64,000 bases of DNA from Vairimorpha necatrix (taxonomy: Eukaryota), in contig CP142730.1 in the NCBI GenBank assembly GCA_036630325.1, positions 1,054,001 to 1,118,000 on the forward strand. Reading direction: 5' to 3'. Positions 23,632-34,770 of the stretch are shown here, one piece after another. Position numbers and translations under genes: made by a program. A model generated the notes under the pieces. That model worked only from the letters and a program-made list of their open reading frames with translations, was not told the origin of the DNA and made no database searches. Numbering within the stretch: position 1 is the stretch's first letter; each line of letters starts with the position of its first letter.

Positions 23632-26600
23632 ATGAACAAATTGGAAAAATTTTTTAATACACTTTTATCTTCAAATTCTTCTTTATTAAAAAAATACACT
23701 ACAGACGAATTGACTTCACAAATCAAAGAATACGTCGATTTTACTCCTTATTTAGTCCAAAATATTTACAAACTTCTTATTTCCAATAATTCTGATGATA
23801 GAATTAATGGTTCAGAAATATTAAAATCTTTAATGTTTCAATTTAAACTTATTACAAATTTCAAAATTGAATTTAAAAATAAAAATGAAGAATATTTAAG
23901 TTCAACAGGAATCGAATTTGAAGGAAAAAACGAATTTAAAAGTAAAAATTTTTCAGAACAAAAAAAAATTTTAAAAGAAATTGCAAATTTAGAACATGTT
24001 GAAAATAATTTAGTTACAGAAATTGATTTCAAATTTGATAGCAAATTTTGTATAAAAAAACAAAAAATTAAAGACAAAAAAATCGAAAATGTTTTCGATT
24101 TTTTTGAAAATTTAACTAATAATTTGTTAAATTTTGAATGGAATAAAAGACATGGTGCATTTTTAGCTTATAATGCGATTTTCGAATCAGAAACTAAAGG
24201 TGATATAGAAATTAAAATAGATTCAGAATTATTTAATAAAATTTATGAAATATTAAAAAATGATAAATTTACAGATTTTGTAGAAGATAAAGCTACTTGT
24301 CCTGTAAGAGAAGCTGCTTCTAAATTATTAGGTGGAATTTATCCAAGAATTTGTAAAAATAATATAATTGAAGAAATAATAAAATTTCTTGATGATGAAG
24401 ATTGGCAGACACAATATTCAGGGTTATTAGCAATAAAAAATCTTAAAGATTTTATTAATAATCCAACTTTCTTATGTAATAAATTGTACAATTTATTAAA
24501 TTGTAAAGATGAAGATGTAAAATATTTAGCAGCAGAAATTTTAAATTTTTTTTTTGATTTTACAGATAAAAATATAATTTTTAGTAAATGTATAGAAAAT
24601 TTAAAAGATAATGAAGAAATTAGTATTAGTAAAGTTTCCATTTTGAATTTATTAAAGAAATGTAATAATTTAGAAGAAGTAGATTTTTTATATGATTATT
24701 TTACATCACCAATTTTAGAAGTAAGAAAAAGTGTATTAGATTTATCTAATACACTTAGAAATAATTCTCTAAATTTTTTAATAGGTGAATTAATATTAAT
24801 AGATGAAAAAGAAGAAATTAGAAATGAAGCTATAAAAATTTTAAGAGAAAAAGAATTGACAGAAGATTTTTTAAATCATTTTATGAATATTTTAGGGATT
24901 TCTTTGTATGAGCCATACAATACGAATTTGTTTGTTTCTTATGATGACTCATATTTCACTAAGAGTGGAATACAGAGTATAGGGAAGAATAAGATATTAA
25001 ATAATAGAGTGAAGTTATTTCAAATAATGATTAGGAATAAAGGAGATATTTCTTATGTACCTAGTACATTAATAGGAGATGTGTTTTATAAGATATTTAA
25101 TGAAAATCAATATAAGGAAAGAAATGAAATTATTAGAAAGCGAATAAAAAAAGATGAAGAAAAAGATAATTTAAATATTTTGTATGATAAATTTAAGGAT
25201 ATCAAATTATTACCAATGAAAGAATTAATTTTTAAACTTAATAATCCTGATAAATTGTCTTTACATCCTCTAGGAGAATCAATTTTCGTAGATTTTTTAA
25301 GATGGAAAAGTGTCCAGGAATACCCAAAGATATCAGAAAATTTAATAAATTTCTATAAATACGAGAGAAGTGTAGAATTCTTAGAATTCTACACTTCTCT
25401 CATAATTGAAGATTATGACAAGGATCAAATTAATTTAGACTTCTTTATTTCTGAATCTTATAAATTTCTAATATTAGGATATGAGAACTTTCTAATATTC
25501 TTTAAGATATTTGGATTTAGAATTTTCTCTAGTGCTTTTTATAAGAATAAGATCTTAAAAGATGAGAAGAAATATAAGTTCTTTAGTTTGACGATATTTT
25601 ATTATAAAGACAATTTGAAAGATTTAAGATTTTTATATGAAGAAGTAATGAGTCGATATATTCAAGACAATTCTAATGACTTAAATAATATTGACAATAC
25701 TAATAACAAAGATTTTAATAACTTAGATTATAATAATACTAATTTTAGTTATGACAATGTTGTTTATAGGGAAATAATTAAGGGCTTCTTGGTGGATTTA
25801 AGTTACACTGAAGATTTCATAGACAAATTCCTTGGAAATCTAAATCTCAATTTACTGGATCCTTTGATTTCTTTCATTGATCATTCATTTTACCCTGTCT
25901 TAGTCAAGCCTCTTTTAGGCTTGACTTCTTCCTCTAAACTCTTCTCTTTTATAATTCCCAGACTCAATTTCAAGATAAATCAAAATATCTCGGCCGCCTG
26001 GACTTCTAAGATTTCTTCTAGTAAAGAAGACTTAGAATGTCTACTGGATAATAAAAAGATAAAAGATTATAAAATCAAATGTCCCACTACAGTAAAATTA
26101 AGGAATTATCAAATAGAAGGAGTCAGATGGATAAACTTCTTATATAATTTCAGGCTTAATGGAATATTAGCAGACGACATGGGACTAGGGAAGACAATAC
26201 AAGTATTGTCATTTATATGTAGTGAAATATATAAGACAGAGAAAAAAGTACTGGTGATTTGTCCGTCGAGTTTGACGGGACACTGGAATATGGAAATTAA
26301 GACATTTTTTCCTGATATAAAATCTGGAATTTATTCTAAGAAACAAACAAATTCGTCCTCTGACGTCATAATAGTAAGTTATGACTCATTTAGAAATGAC
26401 CACGAAGATTTCATCCAAAAAGACTGGTTTTATATAATTCTCGATGAAGGACACATTCTCAGGAATTCTAATACACTTCTTTATAAGAGGATTAGTAAAT
26501 TTAAATGTAGACAGAGACTTATCTTGACTGGTACACCAGTGCACAATAGTGTAGAAGATTTAGTATCTCTTTTTAATTTACTAATGCCTGGTTATTTAGG

Positions 26601-27546
26601 GAATATCAAAGATATTCCCTTTATGACTAGTAAAATGTCAGATAAAGAGTTAGAGAGTGTAAATTTGAGACTTAAGAATCTTAATAAACAGATATTGCCA
26701 TTTATAATGAGGAGATTGAAAGTTGATGTATTGACAGATTTACCACCTAAGATAATAAGAGACATAGTAGTTGAGATGGGACCAGAACAAAGGCAAATAT
26801 ACGACAATATACACATGAAGACCAATACTATAAAAGATGTATATCAAGATGGAAATCAAATAAGTCAAGATGAAAGTAAAATAAGTCAAGATGGAAATCA
26901 AGTTAGTACAAAAGATGATGATCTTAGTTATAAATCTCTAAATAAAAGTGATGGTTTAAAAAGAACAAGAGATTTATTAAATGCCACGTCACACATCTCA
27001 TACTTCAAGAAATCTACAGAATTATCTTGTAAGTTCAAAGGTCTAGAAGATATCATAAATTTATACGGAGGAGAAGACATAAAAAACAAGATCTTAATCT
27101 TCTTCCAGTACAAAACTACCATAGACTTCGTCCTGGAAGATTTTAAAAAGAAATTTAATCTGAAATATCTCAGACTAGACGGGAGTGTGCCTACCACTAA
27201 AAGGGCGAAGATAGCACAAGATTTTAATGTGGGAAATATCCCCATATTATTCTTGACTACTCATATAGGAGGCCTGGGACTAAATCTAACAGGAGCAGAT
27301 ACAGTCATTTTTTATGAACATGACTGGAACCCATTTAATGATCTCCAGGCTATGGACAGGGCTCATAGGATAGGCCAGAAAAATACAGTGAATGTGTTCA
27401 GGCTGATAACAAAAAACAGTGTAGAAGAAAAAGTGATGAATTTACAGAGTTTTAAAGTTTTTATAGCGTCGAGTATAGTGAGTCAACAGAATGCGGATAT
27501 TGAGACAATGAACACTAAAGATTTATTAGAAAGATTTACTAAATAA
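23632..27546 (+). CDS. MOT1: Mot1/BTAF1 TBP-associated Snf2-family ATPase
   Basis: HEAT-like N-terminus with WNKRHGA and DFVEDKATCPVREAAS. Helicase motifs GILADDMGLGKT, DEGH, LTGTPVHN, GGLGLNLTGAD, WNPFNDLQAMDRAHRIGQ. Confidence 0.95.
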   Translation: MNKLEKFFNTLLSSNSSLLKKYTTDELTSQIKEYVDFTPYLVQNIYKLLISNNSDDRINGSEILKSLMFQFKLITNFKIEFKNKNEEYLSSTGIEFEGKNEFKSKNFSEQKKILKEIANLEHVENNLVTEIDFKFDSKFCIKKQKIKDKKIENVFDFFENLTNNLLNFEWNKRHGAFLAYNAIFESETKGDIEIKIDSELFNKIYEILKNDKFTDFVEDKATCPVREAASKLLGGIYPRICKNNIIEEIIKFLDDEDWQTQYSGLLAIKNLKDFINNPTFLCNKLYNLLNCKDEDVKYLAAEILNFFFDFTDKNIIFSKCIENLKDNEEISISKVSILNLLKKCNNLEEVDFLYDYFTSPILEVRKSVLDLSNTLRNNSLNFLIGELILIDEKEEIRNEAIKILREKELTEDFLNHFMNILGISLYEPYNTNLFVSYDDSYFTKSGIQSIGKNKILNNRVKLFQIMIRNKGDISYVPSTLIGDVFYKIFNENQYKERNEIIRKRIKKDEEKDNLNILYDKFKDIKLLPMKELIFKLNNPDKLSLHPLGESIFVDFLRWKSVQEYPKISENLINFYKYERSVEFLEFYTSLIIEDYDKDQINLDFFISESYKFLILGYENFLIFFKIFGFRIFSSAFYKNKILKDEKKYKFFSLTIFYYKDNLKDLRFLYEEVMSRYIQDNSNDLNNIDNTNNKDFNNLDYNNTNFSYDNVVYREIIKGFLVDLSYTEDFIDKFLGNLNLNLLDPLISFIDHSFYPVLVKPLLGLTSSSKLFSFIIPRLNFKINQNISAAWTSKISSSKEDLECLLDNKKIKDYKIKCPTTVKLRNYQIEGVRWINFLYNFRLNGILADDMGLGKTIQVLSFICSEIYKTEKKVLVICPSSLTGHWNMEIKTFFPDIKSGIYSKKQTNSSSDVIIVSYDSFRNDHEDFIQKDWFYIILDEGHILRNSNTLLYKRISKFKCRQRLILTGTPVHNSVEDLVSLFNLLMPGYLGNIKDIPFMTSKMSDKELESVNLRLKNLNKQILPFIMRRLKVDVLTDLPPKIIRDIVVEMGPEQRQIYDNIHMKTNTIKDVYQDGNQISQDESKISQDGNQVSTKDDDLSYKSLNKSDGLKRTRDLLNATSHISYFKKSTELSCKFKGLEDIINLYGGEDIKNKILIFFQYKTTIDFVLEDFKKKFNLKYLRLDGSVPTTKRAKIAQDFNVGNIPILFLTTHIGGLGLNLTGADTVIFYEHDWNPFNDLQAMDRAHRIGQKNTVNVFRLITKNSVEEKVMNLQSFKVFIASSIVSQQNADIETMNTKDLLERFTK

Positions 27547-28099
27547 AAAAATATTATTCTAAAAATGTTCTATATTAAAAATGTTCTATATTAAAAATAT
27601 TCTATATTAATGAACTAAAACATAAATATAGATGTTGAATATAAGTATTAAGTATGACTATTATATTCTAAATTTGTTTGTTTTTAATTTATTTATTTTT
27701 ATAGAAAAAATAAACACATGTCAAAATGCCCCAGTAAACATTGATCAATGAACAAACACAACAATAAAGAAAGATATAAAAAATTTTGACTTGTATTTTA
27801 ATTATAAAATTTTTGAGTCGTAATATTAATTCTAAAATTTTTTCGTGTTTTTCAATATACAAATAAATATCATTTAAACAACATAATATTAAAATAATAT
27901 TAATTATAAATATTAAAATAAATATCATTTAAACAACATAATATTACATTAAACATAATATTACATTAAACATAAATATTATAAGATATACTATTTTATA
28001 CAACATAATATTAAACATAAAATTAATTTTTTTTTTATATTGTTTACTGGCCTGAAACAATCAATTTACAATTCTAAAAGTGTTTACAAAATAAACAAC

Positions 28100-29125
28100 A
28101 TGGACAGATCTTTCCAATCTCCATTCATAAATCCATCTTATTTCCCAGATTACGATATTAATAAAATCCCAGAAATCTTCTCTCCTCTAATAATCTCTCA
28201 ATCTTACAGAGAAATCCAGACTAAATCACTAGCAGACGACTTCTATTCTAATTTATTAGATTGGCACAATGATAAAATTTATTTCGCTATTGAAGATACT
28301 GTCTATATTCATGATTTCCATACTAGTAAAACTTCTTTATTACAAACAATTTATGATAATAATATCACATGTGTAAAAGGAATAGGAACTAAATTATTAT
28401 TAGGTACTAGTTCTGGACATTTACATACACTAGATTTAATTAAAAATAAAATTAATAGAAATTTAGTACATAAATCTAGGATAGGAGTTATAAAAATAGA
28501 GAATAATACGATATTAACTGGTAGTAGAGATAAAAAGATCAAGTTGATTGATACTCGCTCTGGTAAAATTACTAGTGTTATTTGTCAACATAGTCAAGAA
28601 GTATGCGGGATGGATTTAAATAAAAATTTTAAGACACTTGTAACAGGCGGGAATGATAATAAAATGTACATATTTGATTATAGAAATTTAGATTTACCAT
28701 TAAAAAAGTGTAATCAGCACAAAGCGGCAGTCAAAGGGATATCTTTTTCACCTTTAAACACGAATTTGTTTGTTACAGGAGGTGGGTCAGCGGACAAGAC
28801 AGTGAAATTGTGGGATATGAGTTTGATAAATAATACTAATAATAATTTATTAGTTAAGTCTACAAATTACGGGTCACAGATTTGTAATTTAAAGTGGCTT
28901 AGAAATAATCAAATATTAAGTACACATGGGTATTCTAAAGATGATATAAGAATGTGCGGATCTTATGATTTCCAGTGTACTAGACAGTTTTTAGGACATA
29001 GAAATCGAGTAATACATTTTTCGGTGAGTGAAGATGAGAAATATTTTGTGACAGGATCTTCTGATTGTAATATAAGATTCTGGGAGATATATGGGGAGAC
29101 ACGAAAAGAGTTAGAAATACGATAA
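28100..29125 (+). CDS. CDH1: APC/C co-activator, CDC20/CDH1 (fizzy) WD40 family
   Basis: LADDFYSNLLDW, HSQEVCG, GGNDN, HKAAVK, GGGSADK and a C-terminal IR tail. First ATG is at 28100 (the ORF track starts at TTG 28040). CDH1 versus CDC20 is not resolved. Confidence 0.85.
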   Translation: MDRSFQSPFINPSYFPDYDINKIPEIFSPLIISQSYREIQTKSLADDFYSNLLDWHNDKIYFAIEDTVYIHDFHTSKTSLLQTIYDNNITCVKGIGTKLLLGTSSGHLHTLDLIKNKINRNLVHKSRIGVIKIENNTILTGSRDKKIKLIDTRSGKITSVICQHSQEVCGMDLNKNFKTLVTGGNDNKMYIFDYRNLDLPLKKCNQHKAAVKGISFSPLNTNLFVTGGGSADKTVKLWDMSLINNTNNNLLVKSTNYGSQICNLKWLRNNQILSTHGYSKDDIRMCGSYDFQCTRQFLGHRNRVIHFSVSEDEKYFVTGSSDCNIRFWEIYGETRKELEIR

Positions 29126-29403
29126 TAAAATGGATTAAATACAAAATAATATTATAAAAAATTTAAAAAAATCAATATTATTAAAATTTAAATGGTATTA
29201 GAATTTTTATATATTATAAAAAATTTAAATATTATAGAAAAAATATAAGTAAAAATTTTAAAAAAACTATAGGTAAAAATTTTACAGATTATTAAAATTT
29301 AAATGTTATCAAAAATTTTACATATTATAAAAAAAATCAATTTTTATATATTTACAATATTAGAAAAATCAATTTTTGTAAAATTTTAAATATTACTTTA
29401 ATA

Positions 29404-29628
29404 TTATAATTCATTCCTAAAGTGCACATCTCTCGCTACATCAAATTTGACTAGTTTATTTATTATCTCTGCATTCCCTAAGAACATCCTTCTACAACAG
29501 TATCTCTTAATGTCTAATTCATTAAGGGCTTCCGCCTCTGTATTCTCAGTCTTGATTAAGTACTGGTAGGCTTCCCACTTACTGGAGATTTCTTTATTAC
29601 AAGTGAAGCATCTAACAGGAATCAACAT
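29404..29628 (-). CDS. RPB10: RNA polymerase I/II/III shared subunit RPB10
   Basis: MLIPVRCFTC...RYCCRRM; CTCCC upstream of the ATG at 29628. Confidence 0.96.
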   Translation of the reverse strand: MLIPVRCFTCNKEISSKWEAYQYLIKTENTEAEALNELDIKRYCCRRMFLGNAEIINKLVKFDVARDVHFRNEL

Positions 29629-29644
29629 ATAAAAAAGAAGGGAG

Positions 29645-29910
29645 TAAAAACATAAGCAGAAAAACAACATAGTGGAAAAACATATAGTGGAATAAGATTA
29701 AGGAAATGCATAGTGGAAAAACATAACAAAAAAAAACCAAAATCAAAAAACATAACAAAAATAAGACAAAAAAAAACAAGACAAAAAAACAAGACAAAAA
29801 AATAAGACAAAAAACAAGACAAAAAAAAAGACAAAAAAAATAACAAAAACAAGACAAAAAACCAAAATCAAAAAAAAAAACATAAAAAATAAGACAAAAA
29901 TCAAAAATCT
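29645..29910. repeat. A-rich low-complexity array (CATAGTGGAA x3; AAGACAAAAA x~8) in the divergent RPB10/PIN1 spacer
   Basis: Directly visible; it generates four spurious F/C/L-rich minus-strand ORFs. Confidence 0.85.
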
Positions 29911-29955
29911 CATCAACAAATAAATCTTCATTTTCTTTCTTTACACCCCTTTTTC

Positions 29956-30366
29956 ATGTGGCACAAAATTAAAGAAAATGACTCTGTTTATTTCTACAAC
30001 TCTGACACAAAAGAGAAATCCCAAGAAAGACCAAAAGAAGGCTTCAGATTGTACCACATCCTCATAAAACACATTAACTCCAGGAATCCAGTAGAAAGAA
30101 GTGAACTTGAGTCACTAAATCTTTGTAAAAAGATTTATGAAGAATTACAGACAAATATAAATATTGAGAATTTTAGGGAATATTTCAAGTCTAAAGCCAG
30201 GGAACTTTCAGAATGCAAGTCGAGTCTGAAAGGAGGGGACTTGGGATTTGTGTGTAAAAATGAGATGTATAAAGAATTTGAGAAGGCGGCATTTATTTTA
30301 AAAAGGGGGCGGATTATAGGGCCAGTGAAGACGCCTTCAGGATACCACATAATATTTAGGAGATAA
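29956..30366 (+). CDS. ESS1: Parvulin-type peptidyl-prolyl isomerase Pin1/Ess1 with a degenerate WW domain
   Basis: W..VYFYNSDT..ERP; HILIKH; SECKSS..GGDLG; M.KEFEKAAF; GPVKTPSGYHII. Confidence 0.9.
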   Translation: MWHKIKENDSVYFYNSDTKEKSQERPKEGFRLYHILIKHINSRNPVERSELESLNLCKKIYEELQTNINIENFREYFKSKARELSECKSSLKGGDLGFVCKNEMYKEFEKAAFILKRGRIIGPVKTPSGYHIIFRR

Positions 30367-30419
30367 ACCAAATAAATTAACTAATATAAATACTAATATA
30401 AATAAATTTTATAGTAATT

Positions 30420-30553
30420 TAAATCTTCAAGCTTGATTTAATCTTAAGTTTGATTAAAATAGTTAAGCTTGTTTAAATCTTAAATATCTCTTAAGTGTTT
30501 TCTTAAATCTTTGAGCTTAAATCTTAAGCTTGTTTAAATCTTAAGCTTAAATC
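30420..30553. repeat. Degenerate ~18-bp tandem repeat (AAATCTTAAGCTTGTTT) upstream of MCM5
   Basis: About 6-7 imperfect units rich in CTTAAG and AAGCTT palindromes. Confidence 0.7.
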
Positions 30554-30609
30554 ACGCTCGACAATTTCAAAATATGTTTCAAAATATTTTTCATTTTTTT
30601 TTGGCCCTA

Positions 30610-32640
30610 ATGACTTTTGATGAACAGAGAATTACAAGTGTAGATCTCATCACTAACTCTCTTCCTTTTAATAAATCCACTATCCAGTCAAGTTTCTTGG
30701 ATTTTATCCAGAATTTTAGATCTGATCATAGGGAATATATTCATACCCTTACTAATAATATAAATCAACATATTTATGAACTAGTTATAAAACTAGAACA
30801 CATAAATCAGTACTCTGATACTCTTTCAAAATTCATTACTACTAATCCTGAGAAATTTATAGAATATTCTGAAGAAATTATAATTAAAGAATATTTTTTA
30901 GACCCAGTAAAAAATTTTCAATTACATATTATTAGTAGTGAACAAATCCAGAATATTAGAAATATAAACGCGTCAAAAACACACAGAATTATAAGAATTA
31001 AAGGACTTGTAGTCTCAGCATCTTCTATAATTACAAAACCAAAAAAATTATATATTGTCTGTAGAAATTGTCTAAATGGCAAATTTGTAACAGAAATTAT
31101 TCCTAGAACATGTGAATCTTCTTGTCCAATTGATCCTTACATTATTGTACCAGAAAAAAGTCAAGTACTGGATATTCAATATATAAAAATCCAAGAAGAA
31201 TTTGAAGATATTCCTATGGGAGAAACACCACGACATTTTAGTCTTATAATGGAGAAAAATCTAGTAAATAAAATCATACCGGGATGTTTAGGAATATTTA
31301 CAGGGATTTATGGGATAACAAATAAAGGAAATAATAACTACTGTTATATAAAAGTAATAGGCTTAGAAACAGTAAAAAATAAAATAAGTAGACGATTTAG
31401 TGACGAAGAAATTGAAGAATTTAAAAATATGGCAAAACAACAAATTTACAAGAAACTTACAAAAAGTATAGCGCCGAGTATATTTGGACATGAAGATATA
31501 AAAAAGGCACTAGCTTGTATGCTTTTTGGTGGTACAAGACGAGTAATGGAAGATAAAATTAATTTGAGAGGAGACATAAATGTTTTATTATTAGGCGACC
31601 CTGGGGTCGCAAAAAGTCAACTACTAAAATTTATGGAAAATGTCGCGCCGATAGGCGTGTACACCTCCGGAAAAGGAAGTTCGGCCGCCGGCCTGACGGC
31701 CAGCGTCATAAAAGACCACAATGGGGATTTCTATTTAGAAGGAGGCGCCTTGGTTTTGGGGGATAATGGAATTTGCTGTATTGACGAATTTGATAAAATG
31801 AATGAACAAGACAGAGTCGCAATACATGAAGCTATGGAACAACAGACTATAAGTATAGCGAAAGCGGGTATCACTACAATATTAAATACAAGAACTAGTA
31901 TTCTAGCAGCTGCTAATCCTGTATTTGGTAGGTATGATGATTATAAAACACCTGATGAAAATGTGGAATTTGGTACTACAATTTTGAGTAGATTTGATTG
32001 CATTTTCATTTTAAAAGACAAACATGGGCCAAATGACCTTGCGATGGCCAAACATGTACTTGGAATTCATAAAAAAGATATTGAAGAAAAAGATGACGAA
32101 GATATTATTAATATTGACAAATTAAGAAGATATGCTCAATATGCCAAGTCTAAAGTATTCCCAGTCTTGTCTGAGTCAGCCGGGAAATTATTAATAAATT
32201 ATTATGTCAATACAAGAAAAGAAGTCAAGGATCTAGAAAAAGACACTTTTAAAAAGAGTGCGATTCCTATAACAGTAAGACAATTAGAAGGAATTATAAG
32301 GATAAGTGAATCTTTGGCTAAAATGGAGTTACTTGATAAAGTATTAGAGAGACATGTAGAAGAAGCTATAAGGATTTTCAAAGTGTCGACAATGAACGCA
32401 GTGTCACAAGGGCACATGCTTGAAGGGATGGTCAGGTCTGATGTACTGGAGAAGATAGAAGGAATATGTGAGAAAATAAGGAATTTAGTGCCTTTGGGGG
32501 CGAGTGTAAAATATAGTGAATTGATTAGTAAAATAGGGAGACAAGATGAGAATTTGGGGAAGAAGGCTATTGACTACATGTGTAAACAAGGGAAATTGAT
32601 TTACTATGAAAATGGGAAGTCTCTTGTGAGGCAGCCCTAA
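30610..32640 (+). CDS. MCM5: DNA replication licensing factor Mcm5
   Basis: RGDINVLLLGDPGVAKSQLLK, IDEFDKM, SRFD, IPITVRQLE. ATG 30610 follows GCCC; the upstream in-frame ATG at 30574 is less likely. Confidence 0.93.
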   Translation: MTFDEQRITSVDLITNSLPFNKSTIQSSFLDFIQNFRSDHREYIHTLTNNINQHIYELVIKLEHINQYSDTLSKFITTNPEKFIEYSEEIIIKEYFLDPVKNFQLHIISSEQIQNIRNINASKTHRIIRIKGLVVSASSIITKPKKLYIVCRNCLNGKFVTEIIPRTCESSCPIDPYIIVPEKSQVLDIQYIKIQEEFEDIPMGETPRHFSLIMEKNLVNKIIPGCLGIFTGIYGITNKGNNNYCYIKVIGLETVKNKISRRFSDEEIEEFKNMAKQQIYKKLTKSIAPSIFGHEDIKKALACMLFGGTRRVMEDKINLRGDINVLLLGDPGVAKSQLLKFMENVAPIGVYTSGKGSSAAGLTASVIKDHNGDFYLEGGALVLGDNGICCIDEFDKMNEQDRVAIHEAMEQQTISIAKAGITTILNTRTSILAAANPVFGRYDDYKTPDENVEFGTTILSRFDCIFILKDKHGPNDLAMAKHVLGIHKKDIEEKDDEDIINIDKLRRYAQYAKSKVFPVLSESAGKLLINYYVNTRKEVKDLEKDTFKKSAIPITVRQLEGIIRISESLAKMELLDKVLERHVEEAIRIFKVSTMNAVSQGHMLEGMVRSDVLEKIEGICEKIRNLVPLGASVKYSELISKIGRQDENLGKKAIDYMCKQGKLIYYENGKSLVRQP

Positions 32641-32877
32641 AATTAAAAATTTAATAGTTTATTAAATTTATACTATTTTATTTTTTACTACATTTTATTT
32701 TTTTCTATTAAAATTTAATTTTTTATACTATTTTATTTCTTATATTAAAACTATTTTATTTTATTATTACGACTTATTTTTTTTATAAATTTTTTTGCAT
32801 TTGATTTTTTTTCGTTTTTTTGCTTTCTCCCATATATTACATCGTAATATATAATTCTTTTCTAAATTTGACCCCTA

Positions 32878-33483
32878 ATGCAAGAGAATGACAGACATAC
32901 TAATTCATATTTACATGACATCCTCACATTCTTAAAATCAACTTCTGGCTCAGTCACTTTCACTGACTTATACAATAAACTAAAAATCGACATACACAGC
33001 AATCTTCGTCTCTTAAATGCTCTCCAATCTAATGAGAAAATCCGGATACAAAACAATCTTATTGAATATTTGTACACTTACAATATTAAAAATAAAGAAG
33101 ATTTAGTCGAAATATTCAAAAACAAGAAAGAAGGAATAGAACTAGTAAAACTAAAAGATAATCCTGTAGACATCAGTGGATTCTTAGAAGACTTCTTGAT
33201 TCTTAAAGATAATGATGGAAGTGAAGTCGTGTTTTATAATGAACTACATATTGACAAACTGGACGAGGAATTAATAAACTTATGGAGAGCAGTAAAGATA
33301 CCAGGATATCAAGATATGCTTAGTGAACTTAATTGTGCGGGATTGAAGAGCGACAAGAATGAAGTGGTAAAGAGGAAAATAATAAATAAAAAAGCGAAGA
33401 GTAAAAAATATAGAAGGAATATAAAGATAACTAATACACATGTAAAAGGATTAGATCTGAGTGGGATGGATGATCATCCATAA
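32878..33483 (+). CDS. TFA2: Transcription factor IIE beta subunit
   Basis: Winged-helix-sized protein with YNIKNKEDL, LW..VKIP and a basic tail ending KITNTH; ACCCC upstream of the ATG. Confidence 0.8.
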   Translation: MQENDRHTNSYLHDILTFLKSTSGSVTFTDLYNKLKIDIHSNLRLLNALQSNEKIRIQNNLIEYLYTYNIKNKEDLVEIFKNKKEGIELVKLKDNPVDISGFLEDFLILKDNDGSEVVFYNELHIDKLDEELINLWRAVKIPGYQDMLSELNCAGLKSDKNEVVKRKIINKKAKSKKYRRNIKITNTHVKGLDLSGMDDHP

Positions 33484-34368
33484 AATAAAAAAAAAATTTT
33501 AAGTGTAAAATATATTAAAAGACATGTATCTTATTCTAAAATAAAGCTTATTAAAAAATAGAGATCTTTTCGACGCTAGTTATATAAATATATAGGCCAT
33601 ATATAGAAATTAGATGTATAAAAAAATACTATTTTAAGTACAATACGATTAGATTGACATTTGGAACTACTTTACAATTGAAATTGACATATAAAAGAAG
33701 ACATTGTAAAAAAATCTAAACGACTGCAATTTATAATATAAATAAAACACATGGAAACCACAGTAAAAAAAATATAACATCTTTTTAAAAATGAATTGGG
33801 CTTAACATATGAAAAAAAAAAGCACTGATTATATTGGTTAAAAAATTTTATTACTAGGTGAAAATATTTGTTCGAAATTTTTTTTAAAATAAGATTATCT
33901 GATAAAAAAATTCTAGTTCAGCTTTGCTAAATGACATAGTTTTAAAATCTTTTTGAATTGCACAAAAGCTTTGATTCGTTCTATTTTTTAGTGGGCTTGT
34001 TGCTGATTTCATCTTATCATAGAAGAAAATTTAAGTGTCTTGTACTTATTAATGACATATTAATAAATTGTATAGAAATACACAAACAAATTATATTTAT
34101 GCCTTTTCAACTTAAACTACACTAAAATCCATATGACGTAATTTTTAAAACTTTACAATAAAAATTTGTTTTTTTTTATACAGTTAGTTATAGACACAAT
34201 CTACCACGAGTCTCTGTCATATATTCATCTTTTTAATTTAATAAAGTATTTCAGTAACATATAAATTCAAGTATGTTTATATTGTGTCTACATGTTAATT
34301 ATTTTGTAGATACTAAATAAGAATAATGTATTACAAATAATAAAAAAATGATGTGTAATTTTTTTTTA

Positions 34369-34770
34369 TTATTTTCTTATCGTATTCTGTAGAATCTCGC
34401 CCAATGATATGTCATTAATCTTATTTTTCAAATCATCGTCTTCTTTATTATCAATACCATCATAAAAAAGACAATCATTTTCTGATAAAAAAATAACTTT
34501 TTGAAATTTTTTCATTTTTAATTCATTTATAATATTAGTGAGATCTTCTATAAATTTTATTCTGTATTTATTAAAATATGTTAAACTATTCAAAGAAAAT
34601 CCCAATGCACAGTTTACATTCTCAATTTCTCTAGTTATTGGAACAGTTTTATAAAAAACTTCTTCGCTATTTTTTATTTTATAAGTTATGTCGTCTACTA
34701 CTTGTTCAATATCTTTTATATTATAAGAAGCAGTGTAGATGCAAAATATATAAAAGAAATAACAAATCAT
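34369..34770 (-). CDS. Small unknown protein, probably secreted (133 aa)
   Basis: Hydrophobic N-terminus MICYFFYIFCIYTAS; AACCCC 5 nt upstream of the ATG. Confidence 0.7.
   Translation of the reverse strand: MICYFFYIFCIYTASYNIKDIEQVVDDITYKIKNSEEVFYKTVPITREIENVNCALGFSLNSLTYFNKYRIKFIEDLTNIINELKMKKFQKVIFLSENDCLFYDGIDNKEDDDLKNKINDISLGEILQNTIRK

Noticed and set aside
29612-29931. F/C/L-rich minus-strand ORFs as membrane proteins
   Set aside because: They are translations of the A-rich repeat array.
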